Shown here: positions 37,166 to 48,358 of the stretch, in pieces
How positions within the stretch are numbered: position 1 is the first letter of the stretch
Layout: the number at the start of each line of letters is the position of its first letter
From: Folioceros fuciformis
Lineage: Eukaryota
Direction: 5' to 3'
Assembly: GCA_049999805.1 (NCBI GenBank)
Contig: JBNGIO010004579.1
Location: 1-64,000 of the forward strand
Length of the DNA stretch: 64,000 nucleotides
Made by a program: the position numbers and the translations under genes
Notes under the pieces: model-generated
Database searches by the model: none
What the model saw: only the letters and a program-made list of their open reading frames with translations
What the model was told of the DNA's origin: nothing

Positions 37166-37820
37166 CTAAATGCAACTTATACTAAACCACAATGTCCTTG
37201 GTGGTAAGGCACCAATAAGTCCCTAGATTAATTAATAATTAATTCTATGACTAGAAATAGTCATAGAATTCTATGACCCGATTACAATTACGTATAACGT
37301 TTGTACTAAGAGAAATACTTATTACAAGCAACATAATCAATGCTAAGTGCATCTATGATTTTCATCACTTCAACACTTAATGGCTTCTTTGCTACTCTTG
37401 ACCAGTGGTGGGCATCCTTTAGTTTAGCTCTCAATTCTTTATAACTCTTACTAGGAAAGCCACTCCCGGTACACCAGATCTCAAATCTTAGCAACAAGTC
37501 AGACAACTTGTCCTTGGTGTGCCTTTGAAGAGTTGGACACTATGACTCCAAGTTGGTTTCCAAGGAGTTGCCTGACATTTGGAAGGACTCCAACTTGGCA
37601 TCCATCCCTTGAACTTGAAGGAGTTTGTAAGCCACCAGTGGGAAGAGCCACCTTCAAGCATTTCAACATTTGTCATAGTTTGCAATTCCAAGTTCAATTT
37701 TGCCCTTAATGAATTTTCAATTTTGCCCTTAATGAATTTTGATGTGCCTACATTGAATCTCTCTTTCTTCGCTCCTCTTCACTTGTATCATAAAAGTCTA
37801 TCTTGTAGTACGAGCTTCCA

Positions 37821-38190
37821 TTTCCACAAGCTCCCCCTAAGTTGCAAAAGTCTGTATGCCTTGCTCCAATTCCTTTCCACAAGCTCCCCCTAAGTTGCAA
37901 AAGTCTGAATGCCTTGCTCCAATTCCTTTCCACAAGCTCCCCCTAAGTTGCAAAAGTCTGTATGTCTTGCTCCAATTCCTTTCCACAAGCTCCCCCTAAA
38001 TTGCAAAAGTTTGTATGCCTTGCTCCAATTCCTTTCCACAAGCTCCCCCCTAAGTTGCAAAAGTTTGTATGCCTTGCTCCAATTTCTTTCCACAAGCTCC
38101 CCCTAAGTTGCAAAGTTTATATGCCTTGCTCCAATTCCTTTCCACAAGCTCCCCCTAAGTTGCAAAAGTGTACATGCCTTCTCCAATTTC
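37821..38190. repeat. 53/54-bp tandem repeat, about 7 copies
   Basis: Unit TTTCCACAAGCTCCCCCTAAGTTGCAAAAGTCTGTATGCCTTGCTCCAATTCC, with a C-run of variable length. Confidence 0.92.
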
Positions 38191-38373
38191 GTCTCTCCAA
38201 TGTGAACACCTTCTCACAATAGGTCCTAGTAGATGGGATGCAATAGATCATTCCCAAATGGCTAACATGCAACAAATCAAAATTAGGTCATTCTAGAAAT
38301 TGAGTGCATAGAGATATGATGAACTTATGACCCCTTTGTAATTGTAGTCGCAAACTAGAAGGATGCCTAAAAC

Positions 38374-39525
38374 TCACAAGACAATTTGACTAGCCATTGG
38401 ATCAAGTATAAAAGGCGGCCCTATATGGGCATCACAATTCATAGAACTCCATATATTTTTGGAGGTATGGTACGTGATAAGTCGAGTGATCATTTCTCCT
38501 GAAGTATCTTGCTTGTTACGGAAAGAAACATAAATACAAATGTAAGGCTCTAAAACTTTGACAGCGCAGGCAAACTCGTTTACATTGCAAGACCTAAAAG
38601 ACTCTTCCCAGAGTTTCAAGGGCATAGTGATCTCAGGTCCCGAATTGTCCACCTTCGAGATCGAGATGGTTCTGGAGGCACTCGAGACATGGACGCTGTA
38701 ACGAGTCCCCGGAATCGGCGAGGCCACGGAACCGGGGCTTTGAATAGTCTGTCTCGGGATCAGAACCTGCCTGGCACAGAAGGACGGGGGAGCCGGGGTC
38801 CAGGTACCGGATCCCGATTCATATTCAAACCCTGCACCGTCGTGAATCAAGGCTCGTAGTAGGTAGCTGTTGGAAGCGAAATCCGCGTCCAATGTCAGAT
38901 GCAACATTCTGCACACCAGGTTTCTGTTCATGTCCACCACTCTACCCCGCTCGTAGGGTATGCCTGGCAGCTCCTTCCACTCTCTTGTCATAGCGTTCCA
39001 AATCACCAATGGTTCGAGGATCATCATATGCAATGGGGTGCCCCGACCCGCAGAGAAGCAGGCCAGGCCTCCTGATGCTGCACGCAGGTAAGGCGCGCAA
39101 GAGGAGAAAGGTAACTCCAAACTGACCAGGCTCCATCGTGGATCGAGATCTGGTGTTGTTACATTGCGGCCTACTGTGTCCGTCGCAGGACCTTGGATCG
39201 CTAGTGGAACTATGGAATTCCGCGTCCACTCCCGCAGGAACACGGGGGACGACAGAAGCCGGTGCCAAGCTTTGCACACGGTATGACACCTTAGCACCGG
39301 GGCCAGAGGCAGCCATTCCAACACACTCTCCAACAATTCTGGAGGTAGATTTCTCCAAATTTTGTCATCCATCTCCACCGTACCACTGGCACTAGCACTG
39401 GAGTCGCTGGCCTTTGCACTAGAGTCGCTGACTCCAGCACTGGAGTTGCTAGTCCTAGCACCCGAGTTCTCATCCGAGGGCACCCCCCAGGCATATTGCA
39501 CCAAACAAAAATTTGCGGGCCGCAT
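38374..39525 (-). CDS. F-box protein, intronless (start uncertain)
   Basis: F-box IWRNLPPELLESVLEWLPLAPVLRCHTVCKAWHRLL, followed by AASGGLACF and LVIWNAMTREWKELP, typical of plant F-box proteins. Confidence 0.85.
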   Translation of the reverse strand: MRPANFCLVQYAWGVPSDENSGARTSNSSAGVSDSSAKASDSSASASGTVEMDDKIWRNLPPELLESVLEWLPLAPVLRCHTVCKAWHRLLSSPVFLREWTRNSIVPLAIQGPATDTVGRNVTTPDLDPRWSLVSLELPFSSCAPYLRAASGGLACFSAGRGTPLHMMILEPLVIWNAMTREWKELPGIPYERGRVVDMNRNLVCRMLHLTLDADFASNSYLLRALIHDGAGFEYESGSGTWTPAPPSFCARQVLIPRQTIQSPGSVASPIPGTRYSVHVSSASRTISISKVDNSGPEITMPLKLWEESFRSCNVNEFACAVKVLEPYICIYVSFRNKQDTSGEMITRLITYHTSKNIWSSMNCDAHIGPPFILDPMASQIVL

Positions 39526-39910
39526 CTTCAACTTCAACCTTTGTTGCCTGCAGGTGTACTTGTCAGTATGGCCTGGACAACAAAATTTGTAATAAGTCAC
39601 CAACGATCAACGATGCAAGTTATCAATTCAAGCCGGGAAATGAATTGCCCTGTGGAACAGAGGGGAGGACCTCTATTTAATAGCAAAAGGCAGCGCTAGT
39701 CCAGAGGCAGATCAGTACGAGAGACACTAAAATAAGTAGCCTTGCCTTGCATGAGAGACATGCAGCCGTGAATGTATCTTGCAGCTTAATGTCGGTGGTA
39801 GCTAAGAGAGGTTTGCTTTTGATAGCAGGAGAATCAGGCAGCTTTTTGGCCTAGAGGTACTGTCACTTCTAATTGTGTGTCTGCCTCGCCCTTGCTGATA
39901 GGGGGTGTTC

Positions 39911-40026
39911 CTAGTGCAGACCTTAGGGTGTTTCTAGTCCAGATCTTAGGGCGTCACTAGCCCAGACCTTACGATGTTACTAGCCCAGACCTTACGGTGT
40001 TACTGGTCCAGACCTCAGGCATGTTA
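39911..40026. repeat. 23-bp tandem repeat, 5 degenerate copies
   Basis: CTAG(T/C)CCAGACCTTA(G/C)GGTGTTA-like units. Confidence 0.75.
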
Positions 40027-41191
40027 CTTCATCACCTTGCAAACCTTGCATGGTCGTCTAAAGGTTCCAAACCTGGGTACGCACAGAAAAGGGAATGCTG
40101 CCTTCCCCCTCTGATCTCGAGTTAGCCCATCGATGAGCGACACCTCTTTCACAAGAACTCGAAAAACCACTGCTCTTCTCTTCGACTTCTAATTGCTATC
40201 GCCGTATAATTTCCATCACACGTGTTGCACCAGGCTGTTCACAACACAGTTAAGACTGTGCCATCAGGACTCCATTGCAGTGACGAGCTCTTCATCCAAA
40301 CTCGATCGGCATGCACGGAGACTACTCGTACCCCTTGAGCACAAGAACAATCCTTTCTCCCTCGATTTGACTTCTGTGCAGTGTGTTTCCTCGAGGTATT
40401 CCAAAGGTATGCTTCAAGGTAAGGCAAAGCTTGCCAAGGAGAAAACAATGCTGTCCTTGCTTCTCCTGTGCTGTCTCATGGCCCTTAGTTCAAGCTTCCT
40501 GGTAAGCAGGAGCTCAGGCTGATTTGTTCGTCCTTGAGAACCTGGATGGGACATGAATGCTGGGGCCCCGTATTTTACACGGGATTGGTCTCCCTTTTGT
40601 ACAAGTTGTGTGTCAACATTTCTTTTTTGTTGTCGGACGACTCTCTGGATTTCTGGATTGGATCGGTGGACAAGGCAAAGGGAAAGGGATCCAACGGTGA
40701 CAACAAAATCGCGCACGGCAACTGAAGGTACTTGAAGTTACGCTGGACTGGTAGGTTCCAACCACAAAGGAGTAACATGGCGTCGAAGTAATGTTGGACA
40801 GTTAGGTTCCACCAAGAACGCCCTTGCCCACAACAGTACCAGACATTCATTTGCATATCCTTGCCATCCAGAAGTTCCCAGGCCTTCCAATCGATGCACA
40901 GATCTGTACAAGCTCCAATTAAGCAATAAGTCGGAGGAGGTTGACTTGAACTACACCTTGAAAATGTAGCAGTTTAAGATATCTGCACATTCCTGTAAGT
41001 TCCAGGCTGAGAAGGAACTAGAGGAACAGGCATTCATCTGTCATACCCTTGGCACAAAGAAGCTGCCACGCCTTCCGATTGATGTACAGGCCCCAATCAA
41101 GTGTTAAGTTGGAAGAGGTTGGTTTGGACTACTTGTTCCATCTTCAATTGATTTAAACTGCATACAGGGCCCATCCTTGACTGCTTACTAC

Positions 41192-43846
41192 TCAATGCCT
41201 GTCACCACAGGAGCACGAGCCATCAACAAAACGGTGCACACGGTGTGCATCTCTGACCACAATCTCCCGCCTTTCCAGCCTAGACATGATCTTTGTGCCG
41301 CTGTGGCAATCGTTACACATCCGGAGATTCTTGGTAACTAGCAAGGGTGTGCCATCTGGGGTTGCCAGCAGACCATATGCCAATGCCAATTTCTCAGCAT
41401 GCCCACACAATGCGTCTTCCTTTTCCGCCTCTGACACCGCCTTCGTCACCAGCTCTGTGTGTGGCACATGGCCACCTTCCTCCTTCAGCCGCAAGTTCAC
41501 GCTCATGAGCTTAGAAGATATGTCATCCCTTGCTTCTCCCACTCTGAACTCGTGCACCTGGTTTTCTACTTCAATCCACGCCTTTGCAGGCTTCTTCTTG
41601 GCGCCTGCAAGCTTACGCAACTTTTCTATCTCCTGGGCATCTGCCCATAGACCTGCGCTTGAGTACATCGTTGCCAAGAGTGCATACGCTGATGCATTTT
41701 CAGGCTCCAGGGCAATGACACGCTCAAAACAGCGTCGTCCGCGCTCCAGGTCACCATGGCTCTTGCAGGCACTGAGCAAGCAAATCCAACCCACAACCTT
41801 ATCCTCAAATGGCATACTGCATAGCATGTCTTCCGCTTCGTCTAGATGACCAGAACGCCCAAGCAGATCCACCATGCAGACATAGTGAAGCGTTGTAGGT
41901 GCAATCCCACGGTCATCCACCATTATCTGGAAGAAACGCCGCCCCTCATCTACCTGGCCCAAATGACTACACGCCACCAAAAGGCATAGAAAAGTGGCAC
42001 CATCTGGTTCGATGCCTTGTTCTTGCATCTTCCGGAAACAGTCGAGGGCCATTTTCCCATCATTTTGTTGAGCACAGCCTTTAAGAAGCGCCGTCCATGT
42101 TGCCACATCCCTCGTAGGCAGCCTGTCAAACACTGCGCAAGCCTCCTCTAATCTCCCACACTTGACATACATATCCACCAGGCAGTTGCCAATGACCAAG
42201 TCAGGCTCCAGTCCTTGTTCGTTGATCTCAGCGTGAACCTGCCTACCTTGATTGAGAGCGCCCACACTGGCACAGGCTTGAAGGAGGCAGACGAATGTCA
42301 CATTATTTGCAAGAGTGAGGCCCTCCTTTCGCATGTCGGCATACAGGCTGAGGGCTTCTTGCCCAAGGCCATTTTGAGCATATGCTGCAATCATGGTAGT
42401 CCACAGCACCACATCTCTGGTGCACAGCCCGTCGAACACACGCCGTGCAATCTCCAAGCTCCCACATTTGGCATACATATCAACCAAGCAGCTGCCGATA
42501 ACCACATCACCCTCCAGTCCCCGTTCCTTAATCTGCCCATGAAGCTCCATTCCCTGTTGCAAGTCTCGGATGCTAGCACAGGCCCGGATGAGGGAGGCAA
42601 ACGTAGAAGGACTGGGCATGGTGCACTCCTGTTCCATTCGAGCATGAAGACCAAGAGCTTCCCTACCCAGGCCATGCTCGACATATCCTGTCAGCATGGC
42701 ATTCCACGTTGCCACATCTTTGTGAGGCATTGTGTCGAACACTCTCTGAGCGTCCTCCACACTTTCACACTTTGCATACATCTCTATAAGGCAATTACCC
42801 ACAACCACATCCGCTGTTACTCCACTTTCTTGAATGTGAACATGAAGCTGCTTGCCGCGATGTAGATCTCTCACAAGGCCACAAGCTTTCAAAACGCTGG
42901 CAAACGTGAAATCATCCGGAGTTACACCCTCATGTAGCATACTTGCATATAAGCTCAGAGCTTCTTGACCAAACCCATGCTCCGCATATCCTGAAATCAT
43001 GGCCGTCCAGGTGACCACATTCCTCTGGGACAAGCTGTTGAAGACCCCGCGTGCTTCATCCAGCTCCCCACATTTCGCATACATGTCTACCAGACAGCTA
43101 CCGACGAATACATCCGGGACATCGCCACTTCGCAGAATATCAGCATGTACATTCTTCCCAGAAGCTAGATCGCCTGCAATAGAACACACCTTCAGGACTA
43201 CCACATACACATAGTTGTTGGGTTTGATGCCCGACGTCCGCATCCGATGATACAGTTCTACAGCCTGGGTGAACTGGCCATGCTCAGCAAAACCTGAGAT
43301 GATGGAATGCCACATGAACATGTCTGGTGCAGTAACAACCGAAAATACCTGCATTGCTTCCTCCAGTTTCCCATGAGAGGCATACATGCGAATGATGTGG
43401 TTAGCCAGGAACGTGTTCGACTCATACCCACTTCTAAGAGAGAGGGCATGCACACGCTTGCCAAGATCCAAATTCCTGTCTGCGATACACCTCTTGAGAA
43501 CACGATAGAAGTGAGTGTGGGAAACGAACGCCGATCGCTGCACCACTAGGTCCAACGCCTCAACCACATCACAGAGCCTTCCCTCCTCAAAAAATCCCCT
43601 CAAGGAAAGATCCAGCTGCTCCGGCTCCAGGTCCTTGCCACCACCTCCCTTAACCCTAACCTTGATCCTTGGTGCCTGGCCTCGCTGCACACTAGCCAAG
43701 GCACTCACCCAGGGATTGTGCCCGACAGATGTGACCTTGGTAGCCGCACCAGCTGTGGCAAACGGTCTGGAAATAGTCTTGCAGCCCTCTCCAGAAAGCA
43801 GGAGCAGCAATCGAAGCCAAGTCACCATACCGCCCCGGCCTCTCAT
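41192..43846 (-). CDS. PLS-class PPR protein with E1/E2 and a KP-type DYW domain ending DRH (candidate U-to-C editing factor)
   Basis: P-L-S repeats, ACSHLG, KKKPAKAWIEV (KPAxA), HAEKLA, KNLRMCNDCH and terminal CSCGDRH. Confidence 0.93.
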   Translation of the reverse strand: MRGRGGMVTWLRLLLLLSGEGCKTISRPFATAGAATKVTSVGHNPWVSALASVQRGQAPRIKVRVKGGGGKDLEPEQLDLSLRGFFEEGRLCDVVEALDLVVQRSAFVSHTHFYRVLKRCIADRNLDLGKRVHALSLRSGYESNTFLANHIIRMYASHGKLEEAMQVFSVVTAPDMFMWHSIISGFAEHGQFTQAVELYHRMRTSGIKPNNYVYVVVLKVCSIAGDLASGKNVHADILRSGDVPDVFVGSCLVDMYAKCGELDEARGVFNSLSQRNVVTWTAMISGYAEHGFGQEALSLYASMLHEGVTPDDFTFASVLKACGLVRDLHRGKQLHVHIQESGVTADVVVGNCLIEMYAKCESVEDAQRVFDTMPHKDVATWNAMLTGYVEHGLGREALGLHARMEQECTMPSPSTFASLIRACASIRDLQQGMELHGQIKERGLEGDVVIGSCLVDMYAKCGSLEIARRVFDGLCTRDVVLWTTMIAAYAQNGLGQEALSLYADMRKEGLTLANNVTFVCLLQACASVGALNQGRQVHAEINEQGLEPDLVIGNCLVDMYVKCGRLEEACAVFDRLPTRDVATWTALLKGCAQQNDGKMALDCFRKMQEQGIEPDGATFLCLLVACSHLGQVDEGRRFFQIMVDDRGIAPTTLHYVCMVDLLGRSGHLDEAEDMLCSMPFEDKVVGWICLLSACKSHGDLERGRRCFERVIALEPENASAYALLATMYSSAGLWADAQEIEKLRKLAGAKKKPAKAWIEVENQVHEFRVGEARDDISSKLMSVNLRLKEEGGHVPHTELVTKAVSEAEKEDALCGHAEKLALAYGLLATPDGTPLLVTKNLRMCNDCHSGTKIMSRLERREIVVRDAHRVHRFVDGSCSCGDRH

Positions 43847-44369
43847 GGGAGGCGTCCGGGGTCCAATTCATGAACCCGAGATATACGTCGGACGATGCCG
43901 TCTTCAACTTGGTCCCTGATGTGGCTTGCCTCACCTGGAGTTCATCCCGCAGAACAGGCAAGATGAAGGTGGTACAGAAGATCTGAACCGTGCTGCCATT
44001 GCTGACTACTCGCAGAACTCTCCTGCTGGCATTTACGGATCTCAAAGCTGCACAGAACTACGAGCTGGTGTTCACTACAAGCCATGGAAGCTCGTTAGCT
44101 CAGAAGCTTGCTATCAAACAAGGTGCACGACCCACACCAAGATGCCCAAAGATCTGCAGGGGAGTCAGTAACTCCTTTCCCTTGCATTCATCCAACGAAA
44201 CAAGCACAAACAATCTGCGTACAAGCCTCATATCAGCACCAGCACTGCGGGGTATTAGGAAAGGAAACTCCATCGCCCAGATGGCGACAAGGACGGGATA
44301 TCCGCTTTGATTTTGTCGCATTCCATTCATCACGATCGAACCCGGTGGGAGGCGTCTCGGCAGCGGAGC

Positions 44370-47300
44370 ATGGCCATGGCATTGGCCAAAGTGTTGCCAT
44401 GCCCTGTTTCACAGCCGACGTTGGGTCACCAGCTGGATCAGCATCCGAGCTGCGGATTTTGCCATACCGACAAGCGACGCTGCGTTCCATCTGAGACGGG
44501 AGTGTGCAGGGCCTACACCCGGCAGCAGGCCCTTGAGGCTGCAGAGACCGGGGAGGAGCGGCTGTGGCACCAATTCTTCGTGGATCCCAGGCAATGGTGG
44601 GACAACAGGGCGGACAAGCCCAGTCCCCGCCATCCCGACTTCAGGCACAAGGTATCCAGGCAGGTGCTGTGGCTCAATAGCCGGCTGAAGCCGGAATGGG
44701 TGGATTCGCAGCTGGCCAAGTGGGATGCAGGTGCAGGGGATGGGGAAAAGGAGGCAATGGTGGAGAGGCTGAGCAGGATATGCGAGGATGCGGAGCTGAG
44801 CGATGCTGTGGAAGCCTTGAACGTCCTGGTGCTGCGGGGATGTCGCATACCTGACTCTGTTCTGTATCGTTTGCTGAAGAGGTGCTCGGGAGAGAAGGAC
44901 CTGGTGCTGGGTAGGAAAGTGCATTCCATTGCCAGAAATGGCGGGTACGAGAGCGACGCATTCGTGGCAACTCACATTTTGGGGATGTATGCTGCTCATG
45001 GCAAGCTGGAGGACGCAGTGCAGGTATTCGGGAAAGTGCAGGTACCCAATGCCTACATGTGGTCTTCCATCATTCTGGCACATGCCCGGCTGGGACGGCC
45101 TTCGGAGGCCATCGGCTTTTACAGGCAGATGCGGAACTCGGGCGTGAAGCCGGACAACCACATCTTTGTGGCAGTTCTGAAGGCGTGCGCATCTGCCACG
45201 GACTTGGTTGCAGGCAAAGAGGTGCATATTGATATTTTGGGCAGTGATGTCAAGTGTAATACCTTCGTTGGCAGCAGCCTGGTGAACATGTATGCCAAAT
45301 GCGGGAGCTTGGAGGAGGCTCGCACCGTTTTCGATGCACTGGCCACAAAGACGGTGGTTACATGGAATGCTGTGATTGCAGGCTACGCCCAACAGGGTCA
45401 TCGGGAAGAAGTTTTTCATTTGTACGATAGGATGCAAATTGATGGCTTACAAGCCAATAAGGTTACATTCGTGTGCTTACTCCAGTCGTGTGCTACTTTG
45501 GAAGCTTTGAATCAAGGGAAGCATCTTCACACAGAGATTCAGCAAAGAGGACTAGATACTGATCTAGTTGTGGGCAATTGCTTGGTGGACATGTATTCTA
45601 AATGTGGTAGCGTGGAGGATGCTCGCAGAGTTTTTGACCATCTACCCACGAGAGACGTGGTGACATGGACTGCGTTGATCTGGGGATATGCAAATCAAGG
45701 AATGGCTCAAGAAGCTCTAAGTCTGTATGCTAGTATGCAGCAGGAGAGCCTGATCTTGGGTGATCGAGTTACGTATGTGTGCCTGCTGAAAGCTTGTGCC
45801 AGCATCGGGGCCCTGCATCAGGGGAGGCAGCTTCATATGCAGATTGAGCTGGAAGGGCTTGCAACTGATGTTGGTATAGGTAACTGCCTGGTGGACATGT
45901 ACTCTAAATGCGGGAGCGTAGGAGATGCTCGCCAAGTGTTTGATTGTTTGCCCACGAAAGATGTGGTGACATGGAATGCCATGATTGCAGGATATTCTCA
46001 GCGTGGGCTTGGTAAAGACGCGCTTGATCTGTATGACAGGATGCAGCTGTTGGGTTTGACTCCAGCCGACCGTATTACGTTTCTCTGCCTCCTTCAAGCA
46101 TGTGCCAGTGTGGGAGCATTGCATCAGGGGAAGCAGCTTCATGCACAGATCCGTGATAGGGGGCTGGAAGCCGATCCTTCTGTCTGCAGCAGTCTGGTGG
46201 GCATGTATGCCAAATGTGGAAGCTTGGGGGATGCTCGTGCTTTGTTTTCCGAATTGCCAACAAGAGACCTGGTGACGTGGAATGCCATGATTGCTGGATA
46301 CACTCAGCAGGGGCTCGGTCGTGAAGCTTTAGCTCTGTATGCCAGTATGCAGCAGGAGGGCACCACCCCCAATCACCTGACATTTGTGTCCATCCTTCAA
46401 GCGTGTGCCAGTGTGGGAGCGTTGCATTATGGGAGGGAGCTTCAGGCACAGATTCAAAAACTGGGCTTAGAAGGTAATGTAATGGTTGGAAACTGCACGG
46501 TGGACATGTACTCTAAGTGTGGGAGCCTGGAGGAAGCTCGCCGAGCAGTTGACAGGATGCCCGTACGGGATGTGGTTACATGGAGTGCTCTGCTCAACGG
46601 CTATGCCGAACATGGCGATTGCCAAAAGGCAAAGCAGTGCTTTGATGAGATGTGTCAGCAGGGCGTGGAGCCTAATGAGTCCACCTTTGTCTCCCTACTT
46701 GTGGCATGCAGTCACGCAGGTCTGGTGGAGGAGGGCCAGCGGTACTTCAAAATGATGGTGGAGGACCACGGGATTTTACCCACAGACGATCACTACAACT
46801 GCATGGTGGACCTTCTTGGGAGATCAGGGCACCTGGATGAAGCGGAGTCGTTTCTGCAGAGTGAGCCATTCCAGAACCGTGTGGTGGGCTGGACTTCACT
46901 GCTGAGTGCCTGTAAGAACCATGGTGATGCAGAGCGTGGAAGGCGATGTTTCGAGCATCTTACAGAACTGGAACCTGGAAACGCCTCAGCATATGTCTTA
47001 TTGGGTACCATCTACGCGAATGCTGGCAGGTGGGAAGACGTGGGCACAATCGAGAGGCTTAGAAAGTCGTCACGGGCCTGGAAGAAGGCGGCGAAGGTGT
47101 GCATCGAAGTCCAGCACGAGGTGCACGAGTTTACTGTGGGGGAGGAGAGGGCTGACATCTCAGAGAAGCTCAGGAGTGTGAGCAAGAGGCTGAAGGAGCA
47201 AGGTGGGCATGTGCCGCAAACTCAGTTGGTGCTGAGATCAGTATCCGAACAGGAGAAGCAAGATGCCTTATGTGGCCATGCAGAGAAGCTGGCCTTGGCG

Positions 47301-47486
47301 TATGGACTCCTGAACACTCCTGATGGCACTCCTTTGCTAGTCACTAAAAACCTTCGAATGTGCGACGACTGCCATAGCAGCACCAAGATCATGTCCCGCC
47401 TTGAACAGCGAGAGATTATAGTTCGAGATGCACACCGTGTGCACCGTTTCCTGGATGGAACGTGTTCATGTGGGGACAGACATTGA
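44370..47486 (+). CDS. PLS-class PPR protein with an N-terminal OSB-type PDF motif and a KP-type DYW domain ending DRH
   Basis: LWHQFFVDPRQWWDNRADKPSPRHPDFRHKVSRQVLWL, then PLS repeats, WKKAAKVCIEV, HAEKLA, RMCDDCH and CSCGDRH. Confidence 0.93.
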   Translation: MAMALAKVLPCPVSQPTLGHQLDQHPSCGFCHTDKRRCVPSETGVCRAYTRQQALEAAETGEERLWHQFFVDPRQWWDNRADKPSPRHPDFRHKVSRQVLWLNSRLKPEWVDSQLAKWDAGAGDGEKEAMVERLSRICEDAELSDAVEALNVLVLRGCRIPDSVLYRLLKRCSGEKDLVLGRKVHSIARNGGYESDAFVATHILGMYAAHGKLEDAVQVFGKVQVPNAYMWSSIILAHARLGRPSEAIGFYRQMRNSGVKPDNHIFVAVLKACASATDLVAGKEVHIDILGSDVKCNTFVGSSLVNMYAKCGSLEEARTVFDALATKTVVTWNAVIAGYAQQGHREEVFHLYDRMQIDGLQANKVTFVCLLQSCATLEALNQGKHLHTEIQQRGLDTDLVVGNCLVDMYSKCGSVEDARRVFDHLPTRDVVTWTALIWGYANQGMAQEALSLYASMQQESLILGDRVTYVCLLKACASIGALHQGRQLHMQIELEGLATDVGIGNCLVDMYSKCGSVGDARQVFDCLPTKDVVTWNAMIAGYSQRGLGKDALDLYDRMQLLGLTPADRITFLCLLQACASVGALHQGKQLHAQIRDRGLEADPSVCSSLVGMYAKCGSLGDARALFSELPTRDLVTWNAMIAGYTQQGLGREALALYASMQQEGTTPNHLTFVSILQACASVGALHYGRELQAQIQKLGLEGNVMVGNCTVDMYSKCGSLEEARRAVDRMPVRDVVTWSALLNGYAEHGDCQKAKQCFDEMCQQGVEPNESTFVSLLVACSHAGLVEEGQRYFKMMVEDHGILPTDDHYNCMVDLLGRSGHLDEAESFLQSEPFQNRVVGWTSLLSACKNHGDAERGRRCFEHLTELEPGNASAYVLLGTIYANAGRWEDVGTIERLRKSSRAWKKAAKVCIEVQHEVHEFTVGEERADISEKLRSVSKRLKEQGGHVPQTQLVLRSVSEQEKQDALCGHAEKLALAYGLLNTPDGTPLLVTKNLRMCDDCHSSTKIMSRLEQREIIVRDAHRVHRFLDGTCSCGDRH

Positions 47487-48358
47487 CTGGCAAATGCACG
47501 TCCGCACGAAGATGTGGCTTGTCCGCCCTTCATCCAAGGTTGATATCTCAGCGCGCGTTCTTCCAACTCTCTTTTAGCCTCCACTTCGCAGACTGAAGGA
47601 ACAAAGGGCAGGGAGGAAGGAACGCTCACTGAAAGGGGTAGAGTCGGTCCGACCCCCATTAGAGCCAGACGGTATGCAACTGCATCCAGGCCTCCTTGGT
47701 TCCGAGACGCTCGCCGAAGGCCAAGCACCTGATAGCCAAAGGGCCAACACAATCCATGGATGCCTGCGCGTTTTCCGAACGGTATGTGTCCGCCGTGGCA
47801 CAAAGGGTCAATCAGTTCTTCCGACTCCCCTAGCCCATTGCATAATGTGCCAGGTTTGCGAATTTCCTCATAGGTGACTGTAGAAACATGAGTGGCTGCC
47901 TTGCTTGGAGATGCCGAGATCCGCGACCTTCGCATTCAGGTCCGGTCGTGGATGGTATTTGAGAGACAAAGATGGACAAAGACGATGGCCTTGCTTCCAC
48001 CTTATCGGAGGGAGTTCTTCCCTCCCGCCTTAGAGATGGTCCTTGAGTGTGTCAATTGTGGACGAATTCGAAGACGAGGATAGCACTTCTGTCATCCACG
48101 GGACACCCCGACAACTTCACTCCCGACAGAATCCTGACCTTTTTGACAAATTGCTGCGCGAGGTCAAGGGAGCTTCTCTGTTGCTCACCCTTAGTGTGCC
48201 GTGCCGTCAGCGAGCTGTCCAGAGTAGAACCCTACCGAAACCGCCGACTCCGTGACTGGGAGACGGCAAGAAGTGTGCTTGCCTTGGCGTACAAGTGTGC
48301 TGTACACTCGCCTTACTTGTTGTACGCTTCGCCCAACCGGCAGGAAGGCTTGGTCATA

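Noticed and set aside
40190-41100. Short ORFs downstream of the first PPR gene
   Set aside because: No motifs and no consistent exon chain.
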